Shown piece by piece: positions 26,448 to 39,956 of a stretch of DNA of 64,000 nt. The position numbers and the translations under genes were made by a program. Position 1 is the stretch's first letter, and each line of letters begins with the position of its first letter. Where the stretch lies: NCBI GenBank assembly GCA_016871515.1, contig VHDE01000008.1:16829-80828 (forward strand), in the 5' to 3' direction. Under the pieces are notes generated by a model. It saw nothing but the letters and a program-made list of their open reading frames with translations. It made no database searches and was not told the DNA's origin. This stretch comes from Verrucomicrobiota bacterium (GTDB lineage Bacteria; Verrucomicrobiota; Verrucomicrobiia; Limisphaerales; SIBE01).

Positions 26448-26837
26448 ATGGCAGATCTAGCAGCATTAGTTGAACAGTTGGGCAAGTTAACGGTCATTGA
26501 AACGGCAGAGTTGGTAAAGCAGCTGGAGACAGCTTGGGGTGTCACCGCTGCCGCTCCGGTCGCAGTAGCCGCCGCGGCGCCAGCAAGTGGCGCAGCTGCA
26601 GCACCAGCCGCCGAAGCTAAGACAGCATTTGATGTGATTTTGGCCTCGGTCCCGGCAGATAAGAAGATCGCCGTTATTAAGGCGGTCCGTGAAGTCAAGA
26701 CGGGCTTGGGGCTGGCTGAAGCAAAGAAGCTCGTCGAAGAAGCGCCGAAACCGGTGTTGGAGGGGGCTAATAAGGCGGACTCGGATGCTGCCAAGAAGAA
26801 ATTGGAAGAAGCAGGGGCGAAAGTTGAAGTTAAGTAA
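26448..26837 (+). CDS. rplL: 50S ribosomal protein L7/L12
   Basis: [33 protein letters not shown]. Confidence 0.98.
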   Translation: MADLAALVEQLGKLTVIETAELVKQLETAWGVTAAAPVAVAAAAPASGAAAAPAAEAKTAFDVILASVPADKKIAVIKAVREVKTGLGLAEAKKLVEEAPKPVLEGANKADSDAAKKKLEEAGAKVEVK

Positions 26838-26847
26838 ATATGGTTTA

Positions 26848-26990
26848 TTGTGGCGGCGGACGTATTCCGTCGCCACAAGTTGGTCAGGCGGAACAGAACT
26901 GAATTGATAAAATAAGTCGAACGTTCCATCCAGAGGTAATTGAACTAGATTTGCCGGCACTTCTTGGGGACTCCCAAGGAGACCGGTATT
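26848..26990 (+). terminator. Two strong hairpins in the rplL-rpoB spacer (terminator/attenuator or processing sites)
   Basis: TTGTGGCGGCGGA-CGTAT-TCCGTCGCCACAA and TGCCGG..CTTCTTGGG-GACT-CCCAAGGAG..CCGGTA; U-tails are weak. Confidence 0.5.
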
Positions 26991-27046
26991 GTGTCGTTAT
27001 TGCTTAAAAACCGGCTGGTTTAGGCCAGCAAACATTTGAGGTCAAA

Positions 27047-30000
27047 ATGCCATCGCGAGCGTCAGAACGAATTAATTTTGGTAAGATTAAAGAGATTATC
27101 GCTCCCCCAAATCTGATTGAGATACAGGTCAACTCTTACCATGAGTTCCTGCAAGCTGAAATAGCGCCGTCGAAACGGAAGAATCTCGGATTGCAAGCCG
27201 TGTTTACCGAGGTGTTTCCGATCGAGAGCTACGATGGTAAATCGGTTCTTGACTATCATAGCTATGAGATCGGTGAGCCAAAGCAGGATTGGCTCGAATG
27301 TCTTCGCGAGGGCATCACGTTCGGCGCGCCTCTGCACGTAACCTTTTTGCTAAAAGAAGAAAAAGGGACCAAGGAGGAGAAGGTTTTTATGGGTGAACTC
27401 CCTTTGATGACGCCACAAGGCACGTTTGTCATCAATGGAGCCGAGCGCGTTATCGTGAGCCAGTTGCATCGGTCGCCCGGTTTGGCCTTCGAAGCGACCC
27501 AGCATCCAAACGGTAAAACGCTCCATTCATTCCGAATTATTCCCGATCGCGGTTCCTGGTATGAAGCTCAGTTTGACACCAGCGATCTGCTTTATGTTTA
27601 CCTCGACCGCAAGAAACGCCGCCGGAAGTTTTTGACCACCACGTTTTTTAGGGCGCTGGGTTATGGCTCGGATGCTGACATTCTCAAGCTCTTCTACGAA
27701 ATCGAGGAATTGCCGCTCAAGGAAGCTGAGAACCTTGATAATATTCAAAACAAAGTTCTCATTGAGGACGCGGTTGACCCAGACAAGGGCATCGTCGTGG
27801 CTCGCGCGTTTGAACCGCTTTCCAAAGCAGTCCTGAAACAGATTGCCGAGCTTGGGGTGACGAAGATTCGCGTTGTCGATACGACAGTCGATGACGGAAT
27901 CATCATCAAGTGTCTCAAGAAGGATCCGACCAAGAACGAAGAAGAAGCCCTCAAAGATATTTATCGGCGCCTGCGACCTGGCGATCCTCCCACCGCCGCC
28001 AACGCGCGTGCGCTTATCAAGCGATTGTTTTTCGATCCCAAGCGCTATGATCTCGGCCGCGTCGGGCGTTACAAAATCATGCAAAAACTGAGCCTCAAGG
28101 GAAATGAGGATTCTCGGATTCTCACTAAAGAAGACTTGGTCGCTGCGACTAAGTATCTGCTTCGACTCAAGAAAGGTGAGGGGACGTTGGACGACATCGA
28201 TCACCTCGGCAGCCGTCGTATTCGAACGGTCGGTGAATTGCTGGCGAACCAATGCCGTGTTGGCTTGGCTCGAACGGAACGCCTGGTTAAAGAGCGCATG
28301 ACGTTGTTCGATCAGGGGATGGACACGATGACGCCGCAGAAGCTGATCAATCCGAAGGCGCTCTCGGCGGTCGTGCGCGATTTCTTCGGTCGCAGCCAGC
28401 TGTCGCAGTTCATGGACCAAATCAATCCCCTGGCAGAGTTGACGCACAAGCGCCGGTTGTCTGCTCTTGGGCCTGGTGGTCTTTCGCGCGACCGCGCGGG
28501 TTTCGAAGTCCGCGACGTTCACCCGTCGCATTACGGCCGCATCTGTCCGGTCGAAACTCCGGAAGGACCCAACATCGGACTCATTGCATCTTTGGCGACG
28601 TTTGCGCGCGTTAATGATTTCGGGTTCATTGAAACGCCTTATCGCAAAGTCGAAAAAGGCCGCGTCACCACTCACATTGATTACCTTACCGCGGATCGAG
28701 AGGAGTCCTTTATCGTCGCTCAGGCCAATGCGCCCATCGATGAAAAGGGGCATTTTCAGACGGACAAAGTCATGTGTCGTTGCAAAGGCGACTTCATTGA
28801 CGTTGAACCGGCGCGTGTGGATTACATGGACGTTTCGCCCAAACAACTGGTTTCGGTTGCTGCGGGACTGATCCCGTTCCTCGAGCATGACGATGCGAAT
28901 CGCGCTTTGATGGGTTCAAACATGCAACGCCAGGCCGTCCCGCTGTTAGTCACGGAAGCCCCGCTCGTCGCGACGGGTTTGGAAGAGCGCGTGGCCCGTG
29001 ATTCTCGCGCGGTTATTGTTTCCTATGAAGGCGGCAAAGTCGCTTCCGTTACCGGGAGCCAGATTATTATCACGTCAGACGGAAAGCTCCCTGAAGGCAA
29101 GAAACGAATCAAACACGATCCCGCCGAAGGGGTTCACGTCCACAACGTCCGCAAATTCATGCGTTCGAATGCGGCCACGTGTATCAACCAGAAAATTCTG
29201 GTCGCGAAGGGCGACGCTGTGAAGAAGGGCCAGGTTATTGCGGATGGTCCGTGCACTGCGGGTGGCGAATTGGCGCTTGGCCGCAATGTGCTCTGCGCGT
29301 TCATGCCGTGGAACGGTTACAACTTCGAAGACGCGATTCTGATTAGTGAACGGATTGTTAAGGATGACATCTTCACTTCCATTCACATCGATGAATTTGA
29401 AGTCGGCGCGCGCGACACCAAACTCGGGCCTGAAGAAATCACGCGCGACATTCCTAACCTTGGCGAAGAAGCGCTCAAGAACTTGGGCACCGATGGTGTG
29501 ATTCGGATCGGCGCCGAAGTTAAGCCGGGTGACATTTTGGTTGGCAAGATTACGCCGAAGAGTGAAACGGAACTGGCGCCGGAAGAACGTCTCCTCCGCG
29601 CAATCTTTGGTGAAAAAGCCGCCGATGTTAAAGACACTTCGCTGAAAGTTCCCTCGGGAACGTACGGCATTGTCATGGACGTCAAGGTTTCCTCGAAGAA
29701 GGAAATTGATCGGGGCGCCGCGCGTGTTTCACCTTCGGAAGCGAAGAAACACGCGAAGCAGGTCGAAGAGGAATACAAGACAAAGATCGACGAGTTGCGC
29801 GAGCAGCTGACCGAGGCTTTGAGCAACATTCTCCTCGGCGAAAAGATTCCGCTGGACGTCGTTAACTCTGAGACGGGCGAAATCATTATTCCGGCGAATC
29901 GGAAGATCACCAAGACTCTGCTGCGCAAGTTGGCCGGCGTCTACGATCGGATCGAAATCGATCCATCTCCAATTCGGAATAAGATCAACGAAATCATCGG

Positions 30001-30868
30001 CAGCTTCAAAAAGCGGTTTGATGATTTGCAAATGCAACACGACGAAGAAATGGAGCGCGTGGAAGCGGGCGATGAAGTTGATCCCGGCATTATCAAGTCG
30101 GTCAAAGTGTATATCGCGTCCAAGCGCAAGCTTTCGGTTGGCGACAAGATGGCAGGCCGTCACGGGAACAAGGGTGTCGTGGCCAAGATCGTTCCTGAAG
30201 AGGACATGCCATTCCTCGCCGACGGCACGGCTGTCGATATCGTGTTGAATCCGCTGGGCGTTCCATCGCGCATGAACGTCGGTCAAGTGTTGGAAACCCA
30301 TTTGGGTTGGGCGGCGAAGCTGTTAGGCCTTCGCTTTTCGACGCCGGTCTTTGACGGAATCAAGGAGAAGGACATCCGGGTTTATCTCAAAGACGCCAAG
30401 TTGCCCGAGCACGGCAAGACGATGTTGTATGACGGTCGGACGGGCGAAGCGTTCGATCAGGAAATTGTGGTGGGCTACATCTACATGATGAAGCTTGGCC
30501 ACTTGGTCGCGGACAAGATTCATGCGCGCGCGGTCGGGCCGTATTCACTGGTCACTCAGCAACCGCTCGGTGGCAAGGCCCAGTACGGCGGCCAGCGCTT
30601 CGGGGAAATGGAAGTGTGGGCCATGGAAGCTTATGGTTCCGCGTACACCTTGCAGGAATTGCTCACGGTCAAATCGGACGACGTGCAGGGCCGCACGCGG
30701 ATTTATGAAAGCATCGTGAAAGGTGACAACTCGTTGGAAGCCGGCGTGCCGGAATCATTCAACGTGCTGGTCAAGGAAATGCAATCGCTCGGCTTGGACG
30801 TGAAGGTTGGTTATTCCAACCCAATCGATCAGCCGGCGCAACCAGCGGCTTTAACTGCTCTCGCTTAA
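27047..30868 (+). CDS. rpoB: RNA polymerase beta subunit
   Basis: [30 protein letters not shown]. Confidence 0.99.
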   Translation: MPSRASERINFGKIKEIIAPPNLIEIQVNSYHEFLQAEIAPSKRKNLGLQAVFTEVFPIESYDGKSVLDYHSYEIGEPKQDWLECLREGITFGAPLHVTFLLKEEKGTKEEKVFMGELPLMTPQGTFVINGAERVIVSQLHRSPGLAFEATQHPNGKTLHSFRIIPDRGSWYEAQFDTSDLLYVYLDRKKRRRKFLTTTFFRALGYGSDADILKLFYEIEELPLKEAENLDNIQNKVLIEDAVDPDKGIVVARAFEPLSKAVLKQIAELGVTKIRVVDTTVDDGIIIKCLKKDPTKNEEEALKDIYRRLRPGDPPTAANARALIKRLFFDPKRYDLGRVGRYKIMQKLSLKGNEDSRILTKEDLVAATKYLLRLKKGEGTLDDIDHLGSRRIRTVGELLANQCRVGLARTERLVKERMTLFDQGMDTMTPQKLINPKALSAVVRDFFGRSQLSQFMDQINPLAELTHKRRLSALGPGGLSRDRAGFEVRDVHPSHYGRICPVETPEGPNIGLIASLATFARVNDFGFIETPYRKVEKGRVTTHIDYLTADREESFIVAQANAPIDEKGHFQTDKVMCRCKGDFIDVEPARVDYMDVSPKQLVSVAAGLIPFLEHDDANRALMGSNMQRQAVPLLVTEAPLVATGLEERVARDSRAVIVSYEGGKVASVTGSQIIITSDGKLPEGKKRIKHDPAEGVHVHNVRKFMRSNAATCINQKILVAKGDAVKKGQVIADGPCTAGGELALGRNVLCAFMPWNGYNFEDAILISERIVKDDIFTSIHIDEFEVGARDTKLGPEEITRDIPNLGEEALKNLGTDGVIRIGAEVKPGDILVGKITPKSETELAPEERLLRAIFGEKAADVKDTSLKVPSGTYGIVMDVKVSSKKEIDRGAARVSPSEAKKHAKQVEEEYKTKIDELREQLTEALSNILLGEKIPLDVVNSETGEIIIPANRKITKTLLRKLAGVYDRIEIDPSPIRNKINEIIGSFKKRFDDLQMQHDEEMERVEAGDEVDPGIIKSVKVYIASKRKLSVGDKMAGRHGNKGVVAKIVPEEDMPFLADGTAVDIVLNPLGVPSRMNVGQVLETHLGWAAKLLGLRFSTPVFDGIKEKDIRVYLKDAKLPEHGKTMLYDGRTGEAFDQEIVVGYIYMMKLGHLVADKIHARAVGPYSLVTQQPLGGKAQYGGQRFGEMEVWAMEAYGSAYTLQELLTVKSDDVQGRTRIYESIVKGDNSLEAGVPESFNVLVKEMQSLGLDVKVGYSNPIDQPAQPAALTALA

Positions 30869-30891
30869 ACAAGTTTAACGATTTCTTTTTT

Positions 30892-33800
30892 ATGATTAGC
30901 ACCAAAGAATCCGCACGTGAATTGCTCGGTCTCGACAAGGTCAATCTAGTCGATTACGTCGCCATCACCGTTGCGTCGCCGGAATCGATTCGTTCCTGGT
31001 CCAAGGGCGAAGTGAAGAACCCCGAGACGATCAACTATCGCACGTTCAAACCTGAGAAAGGCGGATTGTTCTGTGAACGTATTTTCGGCCCCGTCAAGGA
31101 TTGGGAGTGCTCCTGCGGAAAGTACAAGCGCATCAAACATCGCGGTGTGGTTTGCGATCGCTGCGGTGTCGAAGTGACCTTGTCGCGCGTGCGTCGCGAG
31201 CGCATGGGACACATTGAACTGGCTGTCCCGGTTTCGCATATCTGGTTCTTCAAATGCATGCCGTCGCGCATCGGATTGATGCTCGACATGACCGCGCGGA
31301 ATCTCGAACGGGTGATTTATTACGAAGATTATCTCGTGATCGATCCGGCCTCGACGCCGCTCAAGCAGCACCAACTGTTGAGCGAATTGGAATATCGCGA
31401 GGCGAAAGAAACGTACGGCCCCGACGCATTCCTGGCCAAGATGGGCGCCGAGGCTGTGCGCGAGGCTCTGTCGAATGTCGATTTGCAGAAACAAATCAAT
31501 CAGTTGCAGGTCGCCATGACGGAAACCAAGAGCAAGCAGATTCGGAAGAAAATCGCCAAGCGCATCAAGCTGTTTCAAGGGTTCATCAGCTCGAAGAGCC
31601 GCCCCGAATGGATGATCTTGACGGTGCTTCCAGTCATCCCGCCGGACCTGCGTCCCCTCGTTCCTTTGGAAGGCGGACGGTTTGCCACCTCCGATCTCAA
31701 TGATTTGTATCGGCGCGTCATCAATCGCAACAACCGGTTGAAGAACCTTCTCCAGCTTAAGACGCCCGAAGTCATCATTCGAAACGAGAAACGGATGCTG
31801 CAGGAAGCCGTGGATGCCTTGTTCGATAACGGCCGCCATGGTCGAGCGGTGACGGGTGCGGGCAATCGACCGCTCAAATCTCTTAGCGACATGCTAAAGG
31901 GGAAGAGCGGGCGCTTCCGCCAAAACCTCCTCGGCAAACGCGTCGATTATTCAGGTCGATCAGTGATCGTGATCGGGCCGGAGTTGAGACTTCATCAATG
32001 TGGTTTGCCCAAAAAGATGGCGCTGGTGCTGTTCGAGCCGTTCATTATCCGGCGGCTCAAGGAATTTGGCTATGTGCATACCGTGCGTTCGGCCAAGAAA
32101 ATGATCGAACGTCAATCGCCGGAAGTTTGGGATATTTTGGAAGAAGTGACGAAAGGACATCCCGTTCTGTTGAACCGCGCGCCGACGCTGCACCGCCTGT
32201 CGATCCAGGCCTTCGAGCCGGTGTTGATCGAAGGAGAAGCGATTCGCATTCATCCGCTGGTTTGCACGGCTTACAACGCAGACTTCGATGGCGATCAGAT
32301 GGCCGTCCATGTGCCACTTTCGGTCGAGTCGCAAATGGAGGCGCGGCTGCTGATGATGGCGCCGAACAACATTTTCAGTCCTTCGAGCGGCAAACCAATT
32401 ATGACGCCGACGCAGGACATCACGCTTGGTTGCTATTATCTGACGGCGAATCCCCGCGCAGATGGAACCGGGCAAAATGGCGACCGAACGAAACTCTTCG
32501 CCTCCAAGAGCGAAGTTATCTTTGCTCACAGTGATGACGCTGTCGGCACGCACGAGAAAATTCGATTGGCCAACCCGGACCTAGGTCAAAAGACGGTTTA
32601 TGGAGACCAGGAAAAGAAAGTCATCGAGACAACGGTTGGCCGCGTCATTTTCAGCGAAATCTGGCCGCCGGAGCTCGGATTTCCCAACAAGGTCATTGGC
32701 AAATCACAAATCGGCGAATTGATTTGGAATTGCTACAAATTCTGCGGGCACGAAAAGACGGTTGCCACGTTGGACAAACTCAAAGAGCTTGGCTTCTACG
32801 AAGCGACTCGCGCCGGCGTGTCCATCGGAATTGACGACATGATCATTCCGAAAGAAAAGACGCACGAGATCGAGGGCGCGCAAAAGCAAATTGGCGATGT
32901 CGAGAAGCAGTATCGCAAGGGCGTTATTACTCCGGGCGAACGCTACAACAAGGTCATTGATATTTGGACGCATTGCACCGACCAAATCGCCAACGTCATG
33001 CTGCGCACCTTGGAAAACAACCAAGGCAAGCGCGAGTACAACCCGGTTTGGTTAATGGTCGACTCAGGCGCGCGAGGCAATCGCCAGCAAGTCCGGCAGC
33101 TGGCCGGCGTGCGCGGGCTGATGGCCAAGCCGTCGGGTGACATTATCGAAAAACCGATCCTCTCGAACTTTCGCGAAGGTCTCACCGTGCTCGAATACTT
33201 CATTTCGACGCACGGCGCGCGCAAAGGGTTGGCAGATACCGCGCTCAAGACGGCCGACTCAGGATACATGACGCGCAAATTGGTAGACGTCGCTCAGGAT
33301 GTAATCATTCGTGAGGACGATTGCGGAACGACCAACGGCATTTGGGTGCAGTCGATTTATGAAGGTGAAGATGAAGTGGTCAAGTTGAGCGAGAGATTGG
33401 TGGGGCGCTTCAGTTGCGATGACCTTTCCCACCCGACTGATCCGAAGAAGAAAATCGTCAAAGCCAATGAGGAGATCGACGAAGTTAAGGCCAAGGCTAT
33501 TGAAAAGTCAGGCATCGAAAAAGTGAAGATACGTTCGGTGCTCACCTGCGAAAGCAAGCACGGCATTTGCGTCGGTTGCTACGGACGCAATTTAGCAACC
33601 GGTCATTTGGTCAAATTAGGTGAGGCCGTGGGCATCATTGCGGCACAATCTATCGGCGAGCCCGGCACGCAGTTGACGATGCGCACGTTCCACATCGGTG
33701 GAACTGCGTCCCAGGTCTTCAAACAGCCGCAGATCAAAGCGAAGTACGACGGCGTGGTGCGCTACAATGACCTCCGTTTGGTCGAGCTGGAGGACGGCAA

Positions 33801-35025
33801 CAACATCGTCCTAAACAAAAATGGATCGATCTCGATTCTGGCTGATGACGGCCGTGAGTTGGAAACTCATAACGTTGTGATAGGCGCCGTCATCGCGGTA
33901 TCCAATAATGGCAAGGTCAAACGCGGTGACACCTTCGTGCAATGGGACCCATATAACGTCCCGATTCTCTCCGAGAAAGCGGGTCGAATTCAGTTCCACG
34001 ACATCATCGAAGGTGTGACGATGAAACAAGAGGTCGATGAAACGACCGGCCAGGAAGCGAAAGTTATCATCGAGCACAAAGAAGATTTGCATCCGCAAAT
34101 CATCATCACGGATGAAAAGGGCGAGCCCGTCGCAAACTATCCAATTCCTTCGGGAGCGCACATTGTTGTGAATGAAAGCGACAAGATTGTCGCTGGAACG
34201 CTCATGGCCAAGACGCCGCGCAAGACTTCGAAGACGAAAGATATTACCGGTGGTTTGCCTCGCGTCGCAGAACTGTTTGAAGCGCGCCGTCCGAAAGATG
34301 CAGCCGAGATCTCGAAGATCGATGGCATCGTTGATTTCGGGCCAAGTGTCCGCGGCAAACGAACGATTCTGATCAAGGATCCTCAAACCAGCCTCGAAGA
34401 AGAGCACCTGATTCCGATTGGCAAGCACGTCATTGTGTTCAAGGGGGACTTCGTCAAGAAAGGACAGCAATTGACCGAAGGGCCGGTTGTGCCGCATGAG
34501 ATTCTGGACGTCTGCGGGCCCCAGGAATTGCAGGAGCACCTCGTCAACGAAGTGCAGGAGGTTTACCGGCTGCAAGGCGTCACGATCAATGACAAGCACA
34601 TTGAGATCATTGTCCGCCAGATGTTGCGCAAAGTGCGCATCACGGAGCCCGGTGACACGACGTTCCTTTGGGGCGAACAGATCGACAAGATTGCGTTCGA
34701 GAACGAAAATCAGCGCGTCGAGAAGATGGGCGGCAAACCGGCCGAAGCGCAGCCTGTGTTGTTGGGCATCACGAAGGCCTCCTTGGAAACCGAAAGTTTT
34801 CTGAGCGCCGCGTCGTTCCAGGACACAACGCGTGTCCTTACGGAAGCCGCGACGATGGGCAAGGTCGATCATCTGCGCGGTTTCAAAGAGAACGTCATCA
34901 TGGGGCACATCATCCCGGCTGGGACGGGCTTCAACCGCCACCGGAAAGTGCAACTGAAACCTCTCGTTGAGGAGTTGCCTGTGGAAGAGCCGAATCCTTT
35001 AGTGGATGAACCAATGGTCAGCTAA
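30892..35025 (+). CDS. rpoC: RNA polymerase beta' subunit
   Basis: NADFDGD, zinc-binding cysteines, GEPGTQLT. Confidence 0.99.
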   Translation: MISTKESARELLGLDKVNLVDYVAITVASPESIRSWSKGEVKNPETINYRTFKPEKGGLFCERIFGPVKDWECSCGKYKRIKHRGVVCDRCGVEVTLSRVRRERMGHIELAVPVSHIWFFKCMPSRIGLMLDMTARNLERVIYYEDYLVIDPASTPLKQHQLLSELEYREAKETYGPDAFLAKMGAEAVREALSNVDLQKQINQLQVAMTETKSKQIRKKIAKRIKLFQGFISSKSRPEWMILTVLPVIPPDLRPLVPLEGGRFATSDLNDLYRRVINRNNRLKNLLQLKTPEVIIRNEKRMLQEAVDALFDNGRHGRAVTGAGNRPLKSLSDMLKGKSGRFRQNLLGKRVDYSGRSVIVIGPELRLHQCGLPKKMALVLFEPFIIRRLKEFGYVHTVRSAKKMIERQSPEVWDILEEVTKGHPVLLNRAPTLHRLSIQAFEPVLIEGEAIRIHPLVCTAYNADFDGDQMAVHVPLSVESQMEARLLMMAPNNIFSPSSGKPIMTPTQDITLGCYYLTANPRADGTGQNGDRTKLFASKSEVIFAHSDDAVGTHEKIRLANPDLGQKTVYGDQEKKVIETTVGRVIFSEIWPPELGFPNKVIGKSQIGELIWNCYKFCGHEKTVATLDKLKELGFYEATRAGVSIGIDDMIIPKEKTHEIEGAQKQIGDVEKQYRKGVITPGERYNKVIDIWTHCTDQIANVMLRTLENNQGKREYNPVWLMVDSGARGNRQQVRQLAGVRGLMAKPSGDIIEKPILSNFREGLTVLEYFISTHGARKGLADTALKTADSGYMTRKLVDVAQDVIIREDDCGTTNGIWVQSIYEGEDEVVKLSERLVGRFSCDDLSHPTDPKKKIVKANEEIDEVKAKAIEKSGIEKVKIRSVLTCESKHGICVGCYGRNLATGHLVKLGEAVGIIAAQSIGEPGTQLTMRTFHIGGTASQVFKQPQIKAKYDGVVRYNDLRLVELEDGNNIVLNKNGSISILADDGRELETHNVVIGAVIAVSNNGKVKRGDTFVQWDPYNVPILSEKAGRIQFHDIIEGVTMKQEVDETTGQEAKVIIEHKEDLHPQIIITDEKGEPVANYPIPSGAHIVVNESDKIVAGTLMAKTPRKTSKTKDITGGLPRVAELFEARRPKDAAEISKIDGIVDFGPSVRGKRTILIKDPQTSLEEEHLIPIGKHVIVFKGDFVKKGQQLTEGPVVPHEILDVCGPQELQEHLVNEVQEVYRLQGVTINDKHIEIIVRQMLRKVRITEPGDTTFLWGEQIDKIAFENENQRVEKMGGKPAEAQPVLLGITKASLETESFLSAASFQDTTRVLTEAATMGKVDHLRGFKENVIMGHIIPAGTGFNRHRKVQLKPLVEELPVEEPNPLVDEPMVS

Positions 35026-35155
35026 GAAATGGGCGTAAGAACTCAAAAAATTGTTCAAATACTTGTTGCAACCGAGAGGTCCTTTGTTAATACTCGCGCT
35101 CCGTTTCTCCAGAGTTTAGGAAATGGTGTGGAAGTACGGAAATTGGATAGCTGCG

Positions 35156-35560
35156 ATGCCGACAATTAATCAACTCGTCCGTAAAGGGCGAAACAAACTG
35201 AAGTATAAATCCAAGTCGCCCGCCTTGGAAAATGCGCCGTTTCGCCGCGGCGTTTGTGTCCAGGTCATGACCCGTACCCCCAAAAAGCCGAACTCGGCGA
35301 TGCGGAAAGTGGCGAAGGTGCGTTTGACGAATGGGTATGAAGTGATAGCGTACATTCCGGACGAGGGACACAACCTACAGGAGCACTCGATTGTTTTAGT
35401 GCGTGGCGGGCGTGTGAAAGACCTTCCTGGGGTTCGGTACCACATCGTTCGTGGCACTCTAGATGCCGCTGGCGTGGAAAAGCGGCGAGTGAGCCGATCC
35501 AAGTACGGGGTCAAGCGGCCCAAGGCAGCCAAGGCGGCTGCCGCCGCAGCGAGCAAGTAG
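35156..35560 (+). CDS. rpsL: 30S ribosomal protein S12
   Basis: [23 protein letters not shown]; start corrected to 35156. Confidence 0.98.
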   Translation: MPTINQLVRKGRNKLKYKSKSPALENAPFRRGVCVQVMTRTPKKPNSAMRKVAKVRLTNGYEVIAYIPDEGHNLQEHSIVLVRGGRVKDLPGVRYHIVRGTLDAAGVEKRRVSRSKYGVKRPKAAKAAAAAASK

Positions 35561-35573
35561 TTGAATTGATTTT

Positions 35574-36047
35574 ATGTCGAGACGCCGCCAAGCCGTGAAG
35601 AGAGGTGTGTCTGAGGACGCGAAGTTCCACAGCACGCTCGTCTCACGATTAGTGAACGTGGTCATGCAGTGTGGCAAGAAAAGCGTTGCGCAAAGGATTG
35701 TCTACGGAACGTTCGACCGAATCGTCGAAAAGAATCCGAATGCCAACCCGCTCGAGATTTTGCAGCGCGCGGTTGACAACGCGAAGCCACGCTTGGAAGT
35801 TAAGGCCCGTCGCGTTGGCGGCGCGACCTACCAAGTGCCTGTGGAAGCAGCGCCAGATCGGCAGTTAGCGCTGGCTTTGCGGTGGTTGGTTGATTTTGCG
35901 GACGCGCGCAAAGGGATTGCCATGAAAGAGGCATTGGCTGCCGAAATCATGGATGCCTACCAAGGCCAGGGAAATGCGATCCGAAAACGCGATGAAGTGC
36001 ACAAGATGGCGCAAGCCAATAAAGCTTTCGCTCACTTCCGCTGGTAG
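35574..36047 (+). CDS. rpsG: 30S ribosomal protein S7
   Basis: RRVGGATYQVP, ANKAFAHFRW. Confidence 0.98.
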   Translation: MSRRRQAVKRGVSEDAKFHSTLVSRLVNVVMQCGKKSVAQRIVYGTFDRIVEKNPNANPLEILQRAVDNAKPRLEVKARRVGGATYQVPVEAAPDRQLALALRWLVDFADARKGIAMKEALAAEIMDAYQGQGNAIRKRDEVHKMAQANKAFAHFRW

Positions 36048-36061
36048 TTAATTACAATTTT

Positions 36062-36098
36062 AAATCGCCCCGAAGGCTAGCAAATCGGGGCATTTTTA
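36062..36098 (+). terminator. Terminator-like hairpin between rpsG and fusA
   Basis: GCCCCGA-11 nt-TCGGGGC followed by ATTTTT. Confidence 0.5.
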
Positions 36099-36124
36099 TT
36101 CTCTGAGAGACTGAGATAATTAGA

Positions 36125-38302
36125 ATGGAAGCAGTAATGGACAAACCGAAGTCGGTGAATTCACCCGACCGGCAATATTCGATGGAGCGGACGCGCAACA
36201 TCGGCATTGCCGCGCATATTGACGCTGGCAAGACGACGACTACCGAGCGCATCCTGTTTTACACTGGCCTCATCCACAAAATGGGCGATGTCGATGACGG
36301 CAATACGGTCACAGACTGGATGGAACAGGAGCGGGAGCGCGGCATCACCATCACTTCGGCCGCGACCACCTGTTATTGGACGCAAAAGGAAGATGGCATC
36401 GGCAAGAGCTTTGTCGAGGTGCCCCATCGAATCAATATCATTGATACTCCAGGGCACGTCGATTTCACAGCGGAGGTCGAGCGATCCATGCGCGTGCTGG
36501 ACGGCGCCGTGGCCGTTTTCTGCGGTGTCGCCGGAGTTCAGCCGCAATCTGAGACGGTCTGGCGGCAGGCGACGAAGTATAAAGTGCCGCGAATCGCGTT
36601 CGTGAACAAAATGGATCGCACGGGCGCGAACTTCGAAAACGCAGTTTCCGAAATGCGCAAGAAGCTGGGCGCTTATGCGTATCCGGTCGTAATTCCTATC
36701 GGCAAAGAAGATTATTTCAGGGGCGTGATCGATGTCATCAATCAGAAGGCCATCATTTATGATATGTCGGATGAAGTCGGCCTTAAGTATCAGGTGGCCG
36801 AGATTCCGAACGAAGACAAGGAGCGAGCAAAGTTTGCTTTGGACGAATTGATCGATGCCGTTGCCAATAAGGACGACGAGATTGCTGAACTGGTGATTGA
36901 GGAAAAGCCGATTGAATCGCTCGTGCTCAAACAGGCCATTCGTCGTTTGACTTGCAAGATCGAGATGGTTCCGGTGTTGTGCGGCTCCGCGTTTAAAAAG
37001 CGCGGCGTTCAACCTTTGGTCGATGCGGTGATTGATTACTTGCCGTCGCCTCTGGATGTGCCCCCCGCTGTCGGCGAAGAACCAGGCAATGCCGAGAATC
37101 GTATCGAGGTTAACTCGGACGACAACGGCAAATTCTGTTCGTTGGCTTTCAAGCTTTGGACTGATCCATATGTTGGCAAGTTAGTGTTCTTCCGCGTTTA
37201 CCGCGGGATGCTGAGCAAGGGCGACATCATTTACAATCCGCGGACGCGCAAACGCGAGCGAGTGAGCCGCGTGATGATGATTCAAGCCGACAAACGGATT
37301 GAAGTGGAAACCACGTACGCCGGTGATATCGCGGCCTTGGTCGGTTTGAAGAATATTACGACGGGCGATACGCTTTGCGACGAGGATTTTCCAATTCTTC
37401 TTGAGCCGCCGACATTCCCTGAGCCCGTCATCTCGATGGCGGTTGAGCCGAAGACGAAAGCGGACCGCGACAAAATGTCTGAAGGCCTGCAGCGGCTGGC
37501 CGAAGAGGATCCGACTTTCCGTTGTTTCACGAACGAAGAAACCGGACAGCTAATCATCGCGGGAATGGGCGAGCTTCACCTGGAAATTATTCGTGATCGT
37601 CTGTTCCGTGAGTTCAAAGTCGAAGCTAATGCGGGCGCGCCGCAAATTGCCTATCGCGAAACGATCACAAGACCAGCGGAAGGCGAAGGCAAATTCATTC
37701 GGCAATCCGGCGGCCGAGGCCAATACGGTCATGCGTTGATCAAGATTGGGCCGAACGAACGCGGCAAAGGCGTCGAGATCGAAAATGAAATCGTGGGCGG
37801 AGCGATTCCAAAGGAATACATCCCGGCAGTAATCGACGGTGTGAATGAGGCGATCCTAAGCGGAGTGCTGGCGGGTTACCAAATGGTGGATGTTAAGGTC
37901 GCGATTGTCGACGGAACGTTCCATGAAGTCGATTCGAGCGAATTGGCGTTCAAGATGGCCGGTATTTTCGCCCTCAAGGATGCGGTCAAGAAGGCAAATC
38001 CCGTCTTGCTCGAACCGATCATGAAGGTCGAGGTTACGACGCCGGACGAATATCAAGGCGATTTGCTGGGAGATTTGAATCGCCGGCGAGGCAAAATTCA
38101 AACAATTGAAGCGAAAAACAACGCCACCTATCTTTATGCTGAGGTGCCGCTAGCCGAAATGTTCGGTTACGCGACTGCGATCCGCTCCTTATCGAAAGGC
38201 CGCGCAGCCTATTCGATGGAGCCGTCGCACTTCGAGCAGGTGCCCAACAGCATTGTGGCGGCAATTCTGGATTCCGCGAAACCGAAACCAGCGCGCGCTT
38301 AG
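36125..38302 (+). CDS. fusA: Elongation factor G (canonical; start may be 36137)
   Basis: [30 protein letters not shown]. Confidence 0.98.
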   Translation: MEAVMDKPKSVNSPDRQYSMERTRNIGIAAHIDAGKTTTTERILFYTGLIHKMGDVDDGNTVTDWMEQERERGITITSAATTCYWTQKEDGIGKSFVEVPHRINIIDTPGHVDFTAEVERSMRVLDGAVAVFCGVAGVQPQSETVWRQATKYKVPRIAFVNKMDRTGANFENAVSEMRKKLGAYAYPVVIPIGKEDYFRGVIDVINQKAIIYDMSDEVGLKYQVAEIPNEDKERAKFALDELIDAVANKDDEIAELVIEEKPIESLVLKQAIRRLTCKIEMVPVLCGSAFKKRGVQPLVDAVIDYLPSPLDVPPAVGEEPGNAENRIEVNSDDNGKFCSLAFKLWTDPYVGKLVFFRVYRGMLSKGDIIYNPRTRKRERVSRVMMIQADKRIEVETTYAGDIAALVGLKNITTGDTLCDEDFPILLEPPTFPEPVISMAVEPKTKADRDKMSEGLQRLAEEDPTFRCFTNEETGQLIIAGMGELHLEIIRDRLFREFKVEANAGAPQIAYRETITRPAEGEGKFIRQSGGRGQYGHALIKIGPNERGKGVEIENEIVGGAIPKEYIPAVIDGVNEAILSGVLAGYQMVDVKVAIVDGTFHEVDSSELAFKMAGIFALKDAVKKANPVLLEPIMKVEVTTPDEYQGDLLGDLNRRRGKIQTIEAKNNATYLYAEVPLAEMFGYATAIRSLSKGRAAYSMEPSHFEQVPNSIVAAILDSAKPKPARA

Positions 38303-38329
38303 GAAACCAAACTTTAACTGTTCTTTGAT

Positions 38330-38638
38330 ATGGCAGGACAACGGATACGCATTCGGCTTAAGGCTTATGACCATCGGGTCATAGACCAATCAGCCCACGA
38401 TATTGTCGAGACGGTAAAACGGACTGGTGCTCGAGTCGCTGGGCCGATTCCCCTGCCAACTCGAATTGAACGGTTCACGGTACAGCGTTCCCCTCATGCG
38501 GACAAGAAGTCGCATGAAACCTTTGAGCAGCGCACGCACAAGCGTTTGCTCGACATCATCGATCCCACGGCCAAAACGGTGGACGAACTCAAAAAGTTGA
38601 ATCTGCCCGCCGGGGTTGACATCACCATTAAGATATAA
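38330..38638 (+). CDS. rpsJ: 30S ribosomal protein S10
   Basis: [21 protein letters not shown]. Confidence 0.98.
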   Translation: MAGQRIRIRLKAYDHRVIDQSAHDIVETVKRTGARVAGPIPLPTRIERFTVQRSPHADKKSHETFEQRTHKRLLDIIDPTAKTVDELKKLNLPAGVDITIKI

Positions 38639-38643
38639 AGGCT

Positions 38644-39303
38644 ATGCTTGGCTTGCTCGGAAAGAAACTAGGACAAACGCGCGTTTACGACGCCAAAGGC
38701 AACCTCATTCCTGTGACGGTTGTCCTCGCCGGTCCCAATCGCGTGGTCCAGTGCAAGACGATCGAGACGGACGGTTACAAGTCCGTTCAGTTGGGTTTCG
38801 ACGATCAGAAAGAACATCGCGTGAGCAAGGCGTTGAACGGACATTTTCGAAAACAGAAAGCAACACCAGTCAAGCGGCTGCGCGAGTTTCGTGATTTTTC
38901 CTTGGACGTGAAGCCGGGCGATGTTGTCGGTGTGAATATTTTCGCCCAAGGCGATTTGGTGGATGCGATTGGAGTCACCAAAGGCCGCGGCTTTGAAGGG
39001 GTAGTCAAGCGGCATCACTTTCGTGGAGGCGATATCACTCACGGCGCCAAAGGCTGGCATCGGCGGTCGGGCGCGATCGGTCAACGTTTGTTTCCCGGGA
39101 CCGTTATGCGCGGGATGAAGATGCCGGGTCACATGGGGCAGGTCCGGCGGACGGTTCAGAACCTCGAGATCATTCAGGTGCGCGAAGCGGACAATGTCCT
39201 GTTGATCAAAGGGGCGGTGCCGGGCGCCAAAGGGGATTACGTCGTCATCCGAGAATCCAAAAAGTATCCTAAGAAGGCCGCCGCTCCGGCCGAGACAAAG
39301 TAA
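38644..39303 (+). CDS. rplC: 50S ribosomal protein L3
   Basis: GKKLGQT, KGRGFEG, MPGHMG, KGAVPG. Confidence 0.97.
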   Translation: MLGLLGKKLGQTRVYDAKGNLIPVTVVLAGPNRVVQCKTIETDGYKSVQLGFDDQKEHRVSKALNGHFRKQKATPVKRLREFRDFSLDVKPGDVVGVNIFAQGDLVDAIGVTKGRGFEGVVKRHHFRGGDITHGAKGWHRRSGAIGQRLFPGTVMRGMKMPGHMGQVRRTVQNLEIIQVREADNVLLIKGAVPGAKGDYVVIRESKKYPKKAAAPAETK

Positions 39304-39324
39304 TCTGCAATTGATTGGGAACCG

Positions 39325-39951
39325 ATGAAACTGACGATTAAAGATATACAAGGGAATAACCAGGGCGAGTTGGATGTGAAGTTCCCGATCATCGAGGATG
39401 GCCGAGGCACCCAAGCCGTGCACGATGTTGTGGTTGCTTATCAAGCGGCTCAACGCAGCGGCACAGCTTGCACCAAAACGATGGGTGAAGTGGCCGGCTC
39501 CGGGAAAAAACCGTGGCGGCAGAAAGGCACCGGTCGCGCGCGCGCCGGTTCGTTTGCTTCTCCGCTTTGGCGTGGCGGTGGTGTTGTATTCGGGCCGAAA
39601 CCTCGCGATCACGGCAAGAAAGTTTCTAAGTCCACGAAGCAACTGGCTTTTCGCAAGGCGCTCAGCGAGCGATTGAAAGCGGGAGATGTGTTCGTGCTGG
39701 ACGACCTCAAGTTGAGCTCGCCCAAAACGAAAGAGTTCTTGCGCGTGCTGTCGGCGCTGCAAATCACCGGAACGACTTTGGTCGTTGCTCCGAGCGTCGA
39801 TCAGAATTTGATTTTGGCTTCACGCAATGTCCCAAACGTCGAGCTGACCACCAGTGACGCGTTGAATACTTACGAAGTGCTGCGGTTCGGCAAACTGGTT
39901 TTTACCCGAGGCGCGTTTGAAAAGGTCGAGCAACGTTTGGCTGCCGAGTAA
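39325..39951 (+). CDS. rplD: 50S ribosomal protein L4
   Basis: KPWRQKGTGRARAG. Confidence 0.97.
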   Translation: MKLTIKDIQGNNQGELDVKFPIIEDGRGTQAVHDVVVAYQAAQRSGTACTKTMGEVAGSGKKPWRQKGTGRARAGSFASPLWRGGGVVFGPKPRDHGKKVSKSTKQLAFRKALSERLKAGDVFVLDDLKLSSPKTKEFLRVLSALQITGTTLVVAPSVDQNLILASRNVPNVELTTSDALNTYEVLRFGKLVFTRGAFEKVEQRLAAE

Positions 39952-39956
39952 TCACC

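Noticed and set aside
28380-28500. Rifampicin-resistance substitutions in rpoB and streptomycin-resistance substitutions in rpsL
   Set aside because: Key residues (Q, D, H, S in cluster I; PKKPNSA and RVKDLPG) are wild-type-like.
27527-34953. Long antisense ORFs opposite rpoB/rpoC (453, 297, 380 aa) and similar ones opposite fusA, rplC-rplD, secY and the EF-G paralog
   Set aside because: Shadow ORFs produced by codon bias of conserved sense genes; no recognisable motifs.
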